Assembly (NCBI GenBank): GCA_043753995.1
Contig: JAYUVP010000280.1
Span: 1 to 15,012 of the forward strand
Origin: Fibrobacterota bacterium
Lineage (GTDB): Bacteria; Fibrobacterota; Fibrobacteria; UBA11236
Direction: 5' to 3'
Length of the DNA: 15,012 nucleotides
The notes beneath the pieces are model-generated. The model did no database searches and had not been told where the DNA came from. It saw nothing but the letters and a program-made list of their open reading frames with translations. A program made the position numbers and the translations under genes. Numbering within the stretch: the first letter of the stretch is position 1; each line of letters begins with the position of its first letter. Shown here piece by piece: positions 7,822-15,012 of the stretch.

Positions 7822-8358
7822 ATGAAGGGCCGCAAACGCCTATGGGCCTTATTGCTTTTCGCCGTGCTTCTGGTTGGCGGCCTGCGCGCTTGGATGTTGC
7901 AAGCCCAGGCTCGCAAAATCCTGATGCGCGCACCGCCCCAGGCCGTGGGTCTGGGCGATAGCTTGCAAGTTCTGGTCGAGGAGTTGGAAAAAGAGCTTTC
8001 CGCGCGCGCCGCCTATGTGGCCCCGCATGGCCCCGATCCTTTCGACTTGCGCAAGGCCGCGCATTTGCTCATGCCAGGCACCGGCAAGGAAAAAAACGAA
8101 GACGGCGGCATGCGGCTTTCCATGACCCTCATCTCACCCGACAAAGCCGTGGCCATATTGAAATACAAGGGCCTCAGCCATACTCTGGCCCTAGGCGATT
8201 CGCTGGACGGCTGGGTTTTACGCGGGGTCGACAAAAAGACCATTACCATGGAGCGCCAGGGCAAAAGCCAGGTGCTCGTGAATCAGCCAGCTCCCAAGGC
8301 GGAGCGGCAACTTGAGGGACAAGCAGGCGCCCGGCGCCTGGAGGAGCTAAAGCTATGA
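7822..8358 (+). CDS. PilP/GspC-HR-like protein with N-terminal membrane anchor (no lipobox)
   Basis: Lies between pilO and the secretin. DPF motif, then MRLSMTLIS..AVAIL..LALGDSLDGWVLRGVDKKTITM, the PilP/GspC homology-region beta-sandwich pattern. The protein contains no Cys. Confidence 0.7.
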   Translation: MKGRKRLWALLLFAVLLVGGLRAWMLQAQARKILMRAPPQAVGLGDSLQVLVEELEKELSARAAYVAPHGPDPFDLRKAAHLLMPGTGKEKNEDGGMRLSMTLISPDKAVAILKYKGLSHTLALGDSLDGWVLRGVDKKTITMERQGKSQVLVNQPAPKAERQLEGQAGARRLEELKL

Positions 8359-10454
8359 AGCTACAGGGTCGCCCCGTCACGGGTAGGTTACGGGGGTCGG
8401 TAATGTCGAACTTCCTCGCGGGGTGCTTAGCCTTGGTCCTCTGCGCCGCAACAGCCCAGTCGGCAGAGCCGGCAGGGAGCACTCCTGCCGGCGATGTGCG
8501 TTTAACTGTGCCGACGGGTGTGGTGAATAAAGGATTGAATACGCCGGTGACCTTGGATGCCGATGATGCCTATTTGCCCAAGGTCTTGGCGGCCCTGGCC
8601 GAACGCAGCGGCTACAATGTGGTGGCGGGTCCCGAAGTGAATAATCAGCAGCGTATTTCAATTCACCTCAAGGAAACGCCGGTCGAAGAGGCGATCAACC
8701 TCGTGGTGCGCGCAGCGGGGCTTTCCTATGAAATCGTGGGTTCCAGCTTTCTGGTCACCGGCCACGAGAATCTCAAGAAAGAAGTCGGACAAACGCCGCA
8801 TTTGATCGAATTGCAATATGCGCGAGCCTCCGAGGTCAAAACCTTGTTCAAGGATCTTTCCGCCACGGTGCAAGTCGATACGGCTCACAATGCTTTGCTC
8901 CTTTCCGCCAGTCCGAAAACTTTGGCCGAAGTCCGTAAAATCGTGGCGATTATCGATAAGCCGAGCCGGCAACTCATGTTGCAAACTCGCGTTATCGAGG
9001 TGTCGGTCGAAGAGGCTGAAAAAGCCGGGGTGGATTGGGAAAAACTCAGCAAGCTGACCACCATATTGGCCGAGAATCCTTTTGATCCGGCACTGGGAGG
9101 CGTCACGCCTGATGAAGGCATGCTGGGCCAGACCAAGCTGGGGGAATTGCCCGAGAAGCATGTTTTTCAAAAGGTCGATGGCTTCAACAATGTGGGCTAT
9201 ATGAGCCGCCAGCTCACCGCTTTCAATGTGACCTTGGATTGGCTGCTGCGCAATAATCTCGCGACCGTGCTCAACAATACCAAGCTGACGACAATGAACA
9301 ATCGCACCGCCACCATTTTTGTGGGCGATGTCATTCCCTTCCTCGTGCAAAGCCAGCAAACGGCCCAGGTGGAGCGCGAAGAAATCGGCATCAAGGTCGA
9401 AATCACCCCGCAAATCAATGATGAAGGTGTCATCACGGCCCAGGTGCGGCCCGAGGTCTCCACCATATTCGAGCTGATTGATGGGCGTATTCCCCACAAA
9501 AAAATCCGCACGGCCTCCACCACGGTGCAGGTGAGAGACCAACAAAAAATTTATTTGGCGGGTTTGCTCAAGGACGAGGAAACCACGGTCACCCACAAGC
9601 TTCCCTTTCTCGGCGACTTGCTTTTCGTGGGATCTTTTTTCAGTCATAAAGATCGCATGCGGAAGAAAACGGATTTAGTCATTGAGATCACACCCTATAT
9701 CCTGAACAACTCCCAGGACCTAGAGCGGGTCATGTCCGATACTTTGTTTCGCAAGCCCGACAGCTTGACCCCGCCTTCGAAAGACAAGTTCCGCGATGGT
9801 CCTGCCTCTGGCCCCACTCATTTGGCCTTTTTGCCCAGCGATGAAGTGCTCAAACCCTGGCAATACCTGGTATCGGCACGCGAAATCAGCTTGGGACAGC
9901 AAGCCGGGTTGCAAGTCACCTTTAGCCCCTGGCAGCATGTCGGGCATGTCCGGCTTGGCATCAAGCGGCGAATAGCCGAGGGCACAGCCCTGGGGCTGGG
10001 TTGGAGCCATGGCACCCAGGCAAATGAGTCTCGCTATGATCTCGGCAATCGCCTCGGGCTCTTCTTGGCGCAGCGGCTTTGGGATGTCGGATGGTCGCAG
10101 GGCTATGGCGAATTCGATTTGCAAGTTGCCAAATACAATAGCTTCGGCGCAGGCGCCGCCTTGCGATTTTTCCCCGCTTCCTTGGCCAGCGTGATTTTTG
10201 AGATCAGTAACAATTACACTCCACAAACCCCTGGAGGAAGAACCGAATACTGGGATCCCTGGGGCTCGGCCTTGCTTCGACTGCGCTGGCCCTGGTTGCC
10301 CCATTTGGGTTTTGACCTCGGCGCTACCTATCGTCCCAAAGGTTGGTTGAATAAGGCATTCGGTCCCGCCGATCCGGATCTTCCCTTGAGCGACAACTTG
10401 CGGCCCTATCGCCCCACTCTTCACGTCGATCTGTTTTACGGAGGCGTGCTATGA
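8355..10454 (+). CDS. pilQ: Secretin (PilQ/GspD family) with a ~250-aa C-terminal extension
   Basis: Signal peptide ending AATAQS|A; N0/STN domain (VTLDADDA..ISIHLKETP..AINLV); one Secretin_N domain (IELQYARA..VDTAHNALL..IIDKP); secretin core from QLMLQTRVIEV..GVDW to PFLGDLLFVGSFF..DLVIEITPYIL (ends ~9704). GAGGAG RBS at 8341-8346 and ATGA overlap; alternative start 8403. Confidence 0.92.
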   Translation: MKLQGRPVTGRLRGSVMSNFLAGCLALVLCAATAQSAEPAGSTPAGDVRLTVPTGVVNKGLNTPVTLDADDAYLPKVLAALAERSGYNVVAGPEVNNQQRISIHLKETPVEEAINLVVRAAGLSYEIVGSSFLVTGHENLKKEVGQTPHLIELQYARASEVKTLFKDLSATVQVDTAHNALLLSASPKTLAEVRKIVAIIDKPSRQLMLQTRVIEVSVEEAEKAGVDWEKLSKLTTILAENPFDPALGGVTPDEGMLGQTKLGELPEKHVFQKVDGFNNVGYMSRQLTAFNVTLDWLLRNNLATVLNNTKLTTMNNRTATIFVGDVIPFLVQSQQTAQVEREEIGIKVEITPQINDEGVITAQVRPEVSTIFELIDGRIPHKKIRTASTTVQVRDQQKIYLAGLLKDEETTVTHKLPFLGDLLFVGSFFSHKDRMRKKTDLVIEITPYILNNSQDLERVMSDTLFRKPDSLTPPSKDKFRDGPASGPTHLAFLPSDEVLKPWQYLVSAREISLGQQAGLQVTFSPWQHVGHVRLGIKRRIAEGTALGLGWSHGTQANESRYDLGNRLGLFLAQRLWDVGWSQGYGEFDLQVAKYNSFGAGAALRFFPASLASVIFEISNNYTPQTPGGRTEYWDPWGSALLRLRWPWLPHLGFDLGATYRPKGWLNKAFGPADPDLPLSDNLRPYRPTLHVDLFYGGVL

Positions 10455-11923
10455 AAAACTTTCTGCAAAGCGACATGCGTCGCAATCGCCGCGCCGCGAC
10501 CTTCGGACTCGCTCTGTCCGCGTCGATGATTTTCACCCTGATTGCCTGCGACACGCGTCCGCCCTTGGATGCCCAGGACTTAAGCCGTCCGCCGATTTTG
10601 GAATTGTCGGTTGCCTCTCAATCCCTATTATCGGATAAGGACACCTTTCTAGTCGTGAAGGCGACCCTCGTCACCGCGGCCCATGGCACCCTTTCCGGCA
10701 AGGGTCTCAGCTTTACGGCACAGATTGGTTATGTGAATGCCTTGGCGACCACCAATGATAGCGGGCAGGCCACGATATTCTATTACAATCGTCCGCAAAA
10801 CCTAAGCGTGGAAAGAAGCGACACCGTGGTGGGAACCTTTAAATACGGTGACGGGGAGTATATCCGAGACACCTTGGAGATCCGTCTCTTGCCCGGAAAA
10901 GCAACAACTGGCGAAGCGGTGGGATCGGTCGAATTGAGCACCAGCCGAACAGGCGTACAGGTGAAAGGGACGGGCAATAATGATCAAGCCATTATCCGGG
11001 CCCATGTCTTCGACATTAATCGCATTGCTGTGCGAGACGGCACCCCGGTGACCTTTACCATCGTACGCGGGCCAGGCGGCGGCGAGGTCTTGACCGGCGC
11101 CTCTCAGACCGAAGTGGCGACGACCCAAAAGGGTATTGCTTCGGTGACCTTTCATAGTGGCACCGCCATTGGCGTCGTGGAAATACAAGCCGCGAGCGGC
11201 GGTCAAAATACGCGACAAGCTTTGTTGACTGTCACCTCGGGTCCGCCCCAGCATATCAATATCGTGGCGCGCCAGGACAGCGCTAATCCCGCAGGGAATC
11301 GTTGGCGCATGATAGTACAGGCCCAACTCACCGATGCCTATCTCAATCCCGTCAAGGATTCGCTCGGCGTGCTCTTCTCCGTGAAGCCCAAACGCAGTGA
11401 CTTGGGTGCCGTTTCTATTGCTGGCAGCGGTTTCACCGGGAATAAACTCTGTGAGGAATGTGACAGTGTTCCCGGGTCGGCTTTCACTTCGGTGACCTAT
11501 CGTAGCGAAGCCGTTTTTGATACTCTGGTGGTGACTGCCGAAACTAGCACGCCTGCGGGCCTTTTGACGGGCAGCCAGCCTTTCCAATTGCCTTTGCAAA
11601 GGCCGGTTTTACGCGCCAATTATTACGGCGGCTCGGTTTATGCGCCGTCCATCGAACCCGAAGATACCTTGCAAATTCACGGCGACTTGCTCGACGGCTT
11701 CGGCTGGAAGGTCGTCGGCGCCAAAATCTGCATGGCCTCCGACGGCGGAACCTTATTGAACCAATGCCAAATCACGGATGCCCTCGGTCACGTGACCTTT
11801 GACATGACGGTGACCTCGCGCGACCAAGTTACGGTGGCGGCTTCGCGCATCATCAATATCAAACTCGTTGAGCAAAGCACCGGTGCCGGCGCAATTACCA
11901 CCTTCACCGCGGTATTTCGATAA
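10451..11923 (+). CDS. Lipoprotein with about four tandem bacterial Ig-like (Big_1, invasin/intimin-type) domains
   Basis: Lipobox LIA|C (Cys33, 10547-10549); GGAGG RBS at 10440-10444. Repeated Big_1-like pattern: KATLV..LSFTA..TTNDSGQATI; RAHVFDIN..DGTPVTF..TTQKGIASVTF; QAQLTDAYLNPVKD..VLF; GDLLDGFG..ITDALGHVTF. Confidence 0.75.
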   Translation: MKNFLQSDMRRNRRAATFGLALSASMIFTLIACDTRPPLDAQDLSRPPILELSVASQSLLSDKDTFLVVKATLVTAAHGTLSGKGLSFTAQIGYVNALATTNDSGQATIFYYNRPQNLSVERSDTVVGTFKYGDGEYIRDTLEIRLLPGKATTGEAVGSVELSTSRTGVQVKGTGNNDQAIIRAHVFDINRIAVRDGTPVTFTIVRGPGGGEVLTGASQTEVATTQKGIASVTFHSGTAIGVVEIQAASGGQNTRQALLTVTSGPPQHINIVARQDSANPAGNRWRMIVQAQLTDAYLNPVKDSLGVLFSVKPKRSDLGAVSIAGSGFTGNKLCEECDSVPGSAFTSVTYRSEAVFDTLVVTAETSTPAGLLTGSQPFQLPLQRPVLRANYYGGSVYAPSIEPEDTLQIHGDLLDGFGWKVVGAKICMASDGGTLLNQCQITDALGHVTFDMTVTSRDQVTVAASRIINIKLVEQSTGAGAITTFTAVFR

Positions 11924-13614
11924 TGAATAAGCTTGGCGAATTGTTGGTGCAGCGCGGCATGGCCAAACCTGCCCAGGTCGAAGCGGCCTTGCAGTCGCAA
12001 AAATCCCTGAAGAAAAAGCTGGGAGAAATACTCCTGGCCAATCAGGAAGTGCGCGAAGACGATTTGCTGGCCGTACTCTCGCTACAAATCGACATTCCCA
12101 TAGCCGATCGCCGCATGGTGCAAGCCCCGGCCATGGATCTCGTCAAGCTCATTCCCGAGCCCTTCGCCCGCGAGCATTTGGTTTTGCCGCTGAAGCGAGA
12201 GGGCAATAGCGTGGACGTCGCGCTCGCCGATCCGGAAAACCTGGCCGTGCTCGACAATTTGCGAAAACTGCTTAAGGCTGAAGTCGTGGCCATGCTAGCC
12301 GGCCCTTTGACTCTAGCAGGTGCCGTAGGACGCGCTTATGATGCCCTCGCCAAAAGCGGCGAAATGGAAGGCGTGCTTTCGGGACTCGATTTCGAGATTT
12401 TCGATCCGGACGAAGGCAAGGCCATAGACCTGTCGCAGAAAGATGTGGACGACGCGCCCATAGTCAAACTCGTCAATCACATGTTATTGCAGGCCATCAA
12501 GGAGCGAGCCACCGATATTCACATCGAGCCGCAAATGCATAGCCTCGTGGTGCGTTACCGCATTGACGGGGCCTTGCGCGAATCTCTCAGTGCGCCGAGT
12601 AAATCGCATGCCGGGGTGGTGACCCGGCTTAAGGTCATGTCACGTCTAAATATCGCTGAAAGCCGCCTGCCCCAGGATGGCCGCTTCACCTTGAAAATGA
12701 CGGGACGCGAAGTCGACGTTCGCGTTTCGATTCTACCGTCCGTATTGGGCGAAAAGCTGGTCTTGCGCCTGCTGGATAAAGGCTTTTTCTCGCTCACCTT
12801 GGAAAAACTCGGACTCGGCCCGGACGACTTGGCCATTTTTCGTCGCTGCATTCACCATCCCTACGGCATCGTCATCATTACCGGCCCCACCGGTAGCGGA
12901 AAATCCACCACCTTGTATTCGGCGATTCAGGAAATCCAAAACGGCGAAGACAATATCGTCACCGTCGAAGACCCGGTGGAATACCAGGTTGCCGGTATCA
13001 CCCAGGTTGCGGTGAATGAAGGCATAGGCCTAACCTTTGAAGCCAGCTTGCGATCGATATTGCGCCAAGATCCGGACAAGGTTCTCATCGGAGAAATACG
13101 GGATTTGCAGACGGCCAATATCGCCATGAAATTGGCGCTCACGGGCCATCTCGTTTTCACCACCTTGCATGCCAATGATACGCCGGGAACCATTACCCGC
13201 CTCATCGACATCGGTTTGCAGCCTTTCCTGGTGGGCTCTTCTTTGGTGCTGGTCATGGCCCAGCGCTTAGTGCGCGCGATTTGCGAGGAATGCAAGGAGA
13301 CCTATACGCCCACGGATGCGGAGCTCGATTTACTCGGCGGCCCTGCAAGCCTGCGCGGACGTACTCTGTATCAGGGTCGTGGCTGCCCGCGTTGCCGCAA
13401 TACCGGGTATTATGGGCGCACGGGAATTTTTGAACTCATGCCCATCACGTCTTCCTTGCGCAAGCTCGTTCTGGCAGGCGCCGATCAAGAAGCCTTACGC
13501 CAGCAGGCTTTGGCTGGCCACATGAAAACCCTGCGCCAAAGCGCCATGGAAAAGCTCTTCGCGGGTGTGACCACGGTGCATGAAGTGCTTAAGACCACGG
13601 TTGAGGAAGGCTAG
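11923..13614 (+). CDS. pilB: Type IV pilus assembly ATPase PilB (GspE/PulE family) with MshEN-like N-terminus
   Basis: ATDIHIEP, RLPQDGR, Walker A GPTGSGKSTT, TVEDPVE, LRQDPDKVLIGEIRD, TGHLVFTTLHAND, and Zn tetracysteine CEEC..GCPRC; TAATG overlap with the upstream stop. Confidence 0.95.
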   Translation: MNKLGELLVQRGMAKPAQVEAALQSQKSLKKKLGEILLANQEVREDDLLAVLSLQIDIPIADRRMVQAPAMDLVKLIPEPFAREHLVLPLKREGNSVDVALADPENLAVLDNLRKLLKAEVVAMLAGPLTLAGAVGRAYDALAKSGEMEGVLSGLDFEIFDPDEGKAIDLSQKDVDDAPIVKLVNHMLLQAIKERATDIHIEPQMHSLVVRYRIDGALRESLSAPSKSHAGVVTRLKVMSRLNIAESRLPQDGRFTLKMTGREVDVRVSILPSVLGEKLVLRLLDKGFFSLTLEKLGLGPDDLAIFRRCIHHPYGIVIITGPTGSGKSTTLYSAIQEIQNGEDNIVTVEDPVEYQVAGITQVAVNEGIGLTFEASLRSILRQDPDKVLIGEIRDLQTANIAMKLALTGHLVFTTLHANDTPGTITRLIDIGLQPFLVGSSLVLVMAQRLVRAICEECKETYTPTDAELDLLGGPASLRGRTLYQGRGCPRCRNTGYYGRTGIFELMPITSSLRKLVLAGADQEALRQQALAGHMKTLRQSAMEKLFAGVTTVHEVLKTTVEEG

Positions 13615-13617
13615 TCC

Positions 13618-14874
13618 GTGCCGAGTTACCGTTACCTGGCTGTGACCTCGGCTGGCGAACGCCTGCGGGGAGAAATCAAGGCTGATAGCCAGGAAGCCGC
13701 CATTCGAGAGGTGCAGGAACAGGGCCATACCCTTTTGTCCTTGACCTCGGCCGAGGCTAACGGGGGCGCGCAAAACACCGACGATTTTTCTGCGCGCGCT
13801 GAGAGGCTTTGGCGGCAATTTCGCGAACGCGTGCCGCTCAACGATGTGGCCTTCACCACACGGCAATTGGCCACCATGTTCACCGCGGGTATGACTCTTG
13901 AGCGATCGGTCGAATCCCTGGCCGAGAATACCGCCCACCCGCGATTGAAAAAAGCCCTGAAAGCCATACGCGTTGATTTGCAAAAAGGCAAAAATCTCTC
14001 CGAGGCCTTGGCCGCGCATCCGGGGGCTTTCAGCCGCCTTTTCGTAGCCTTGGTGCGCGCGGGCGAGGCTGGGGGTACTCTAGGCGTTACCTTGGAAAGG
14101 CTCGCCGATTACTTGGAACGCAGTGAGGATACGCGCCGCAAGGTCGTGTCGGCCATGTATTATCCCTCCTTCGTGATGCTCATCTTGGCCGTGTCGGTCG
14201 GTGTGTTGGTGTTGAAAATCGCGCCAATGTTCGACCGAGTCTATCGCAGCTTCAATGCCAAGCTGCCCGCTCCCACTCGAGCGCTCATGGATTTGAGCCA
14301 ATTCTTAATTAGTCATGCTGGCCCGACTTTATTGCTGCTTTTGGTGGCTACGGTGGGAGTTGTGGCCTTTGCATTGACTCCTCGCGGCGAACGGTTCCTG
14401 CATGGAGCGGCGCTGAAAATCCCGGTATTGGGTGGGCTATTGCTTTCCTCCTTGCTGGCCACCTTTGCCCGCACCTTCGGTTTGCTATTGAATAGCAGCG
14501 TGCCCGTACTCGATGCCTTGCAGCTCACGGAAAAAGTCGTAGGCCATGTCATCCTGCGCGAAGGCCTGGAGAAGGTCCGCAATGCGGTGAAGGAAGGGGG
14601 TAACCTACATGTGTCCTTACGCAAGGCTGGCGTCTTTCCCTCCATGCTGGTTCAGCTCGTGGCTACCGGTGAAGAAACCGGTGAAATCGAAAAACTGCTT
14701 TTCAAAGCCGCGGAATACTATGAAAAGCAAGTCGAGGCGACCGTCACCCGATTGACCTCCTTGATTGAACCCATGTTAATCGTTTTGATGGCCGTGGTCG
14801 TAGGGACTCTGGTCATCATCATTTATTTGCCGATCTTTTATTTGGGCATGGCCATGAAGCGGGGCTTGCATTAG
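13618..14874 (+). CDS. pilC: Type IV pilus inner-membrane platform protein PilC (T2SS F family)
   Basis: GTG start after GAGGAAGG. Motifs MPSYRYLA..GEI.ADS, FTTRQLATM..AG, LVRAGEAGG.L, SAMYYP, LPAPT, GEETG and LIEP..IYLPIF; 418 aa. Confidence 0.94.
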   Translation: MPSYRYLAVTSAGERLRGEIKADSQEAAIREVQEQGHTLLSLTSAEANGGAQNTDDFSARAERLWRQFRERVPLNDVAFTTRQLATMFTAGMTLERSVESLAENTAHPRLKKALKAIRVDLQKGKNLSEALAAHPGAFSRLFVALVRAGEAGGTLGVTLERLADYLERSEDTRRKVVSAMYYPSFVMLILAVSVGVLVLKIAPMFDRVYRSFNAKLPAPTRALMDLSQFLISHAGPTLLLLLVATVGVVAFALTPRGERFLHGAALKIPVLGGLLLSSLLATFARTFGLLLNSSVPVLDALQLTEKVVGHVILREGLEKVRNAVKEGGNLHVSLRKAGVFPSMLVQLVATGEETGEIEKLLFKAAEYYEKQVEATVTRLTSLIEPMLIVLMAVVVGTLVIIIYLPIFYLGMAMKRGLH

Positions 14875-14885
14875 CGGTATCCTTA

Positions 14886-15012
14886 GAGCCTGTCTCTGAG
14901 TAACAAATAGGTTACGGGAGAGGCTTCCTCCCCTCCCCGCCTTGGCCTGAATTTTCCTGCCCGCTGCGCTCGGTATTGTCGGCCTCGGCTTCCTCCCCGG
15001 TTATAAGAGCCG
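14886..15012. repeat. Structured intergenic element, possible left end of an IS5-family element or MITE (truncated by the window edge)
   Basis: Starts TTA|GAGCCTGT, resembling IS5-family termini with a TWA target. Imperfect hairpin at 14886-14926, 12-bp direct repeat GGCTTCCTCCCC at 14922 and 14987, inverted pair CGGCT/AGCCG at 14986 and 15008. No right end or transposase is visible. Confidence 0.35.

Noticed and set aside
11450..11461. CEEC in the Ig lipoprotein as a heme c site, and its identity to the PilB CEEC (13282-13293)
   Set aside because: No His follows (CEECD), so it is not CxxCH. The match to the PilB Zn motif is four residues and probably chance.
2461..11599. Long minus-strand ORFs (2461-3258, 4623-5450, 8658-9647, 9720-10424, 10802-11599) and other short alternative-frame ORFs
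   Set aside because: They lie within well-supported + strand genes and have no recognisable motifs; these are the shadow ORFs expected from GC-rich codon bias.
737..14874. Classifying the cluster as a type II secretion system
   Set aside because: A clear PilT with AVRNLIRE, separate PilM and PilN, and a PilA/PilE-type rather than GspG-type pilin all point to a type IVa pilus.
14875..14940. Rho-independent terminator after pilC
   Set aside because: Hairpins are present, but no U-rich tract follows them.
1..15012. CRISPR arrays, tRNA/rRNA genes, transposases, frameshifted pseudogenes
   Set aside because: None seen. The window is almost fully tiled by intact co-oriented CDSs, and each short overlap is followed by a plausible N-terminal motif rather than a broken domain.

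Overview
The window holds a near-complete type IVa pilus (T4aP) gene cluster, all on the + strand, with mostly overlapping or near-abutting genes. It follows the 3' part of a SAM-dependent methyltransferase (<1..632). Gene order: probable major pilin, secreted ~5-bladed beta-propeller, pilT, three minor pilins (PilV/PilW/PilX-like), pilM, pilN, pilO, a Cys-less membrane-anchored PilP/GspC-like protein, secretin pilQ, a multi-Ig (Big_1/invasin-like) lipoprotein, pilB, pilC. A structured, possibly IS5/MITE-derived element runs off the right edge. The most unusual feature is the outer-membrane module. The secretin has no AMIN domains but carries a ~210-aa C-terminal domain that looks like a second outer-membrane beta-barrel, and its gene overlaps the gene for the Ig-repeat lipoprotein. 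No prepilin peptidase, pilotin or canonical PilY1 is visible. All calls come from reading motifs by eye; no database search was run.
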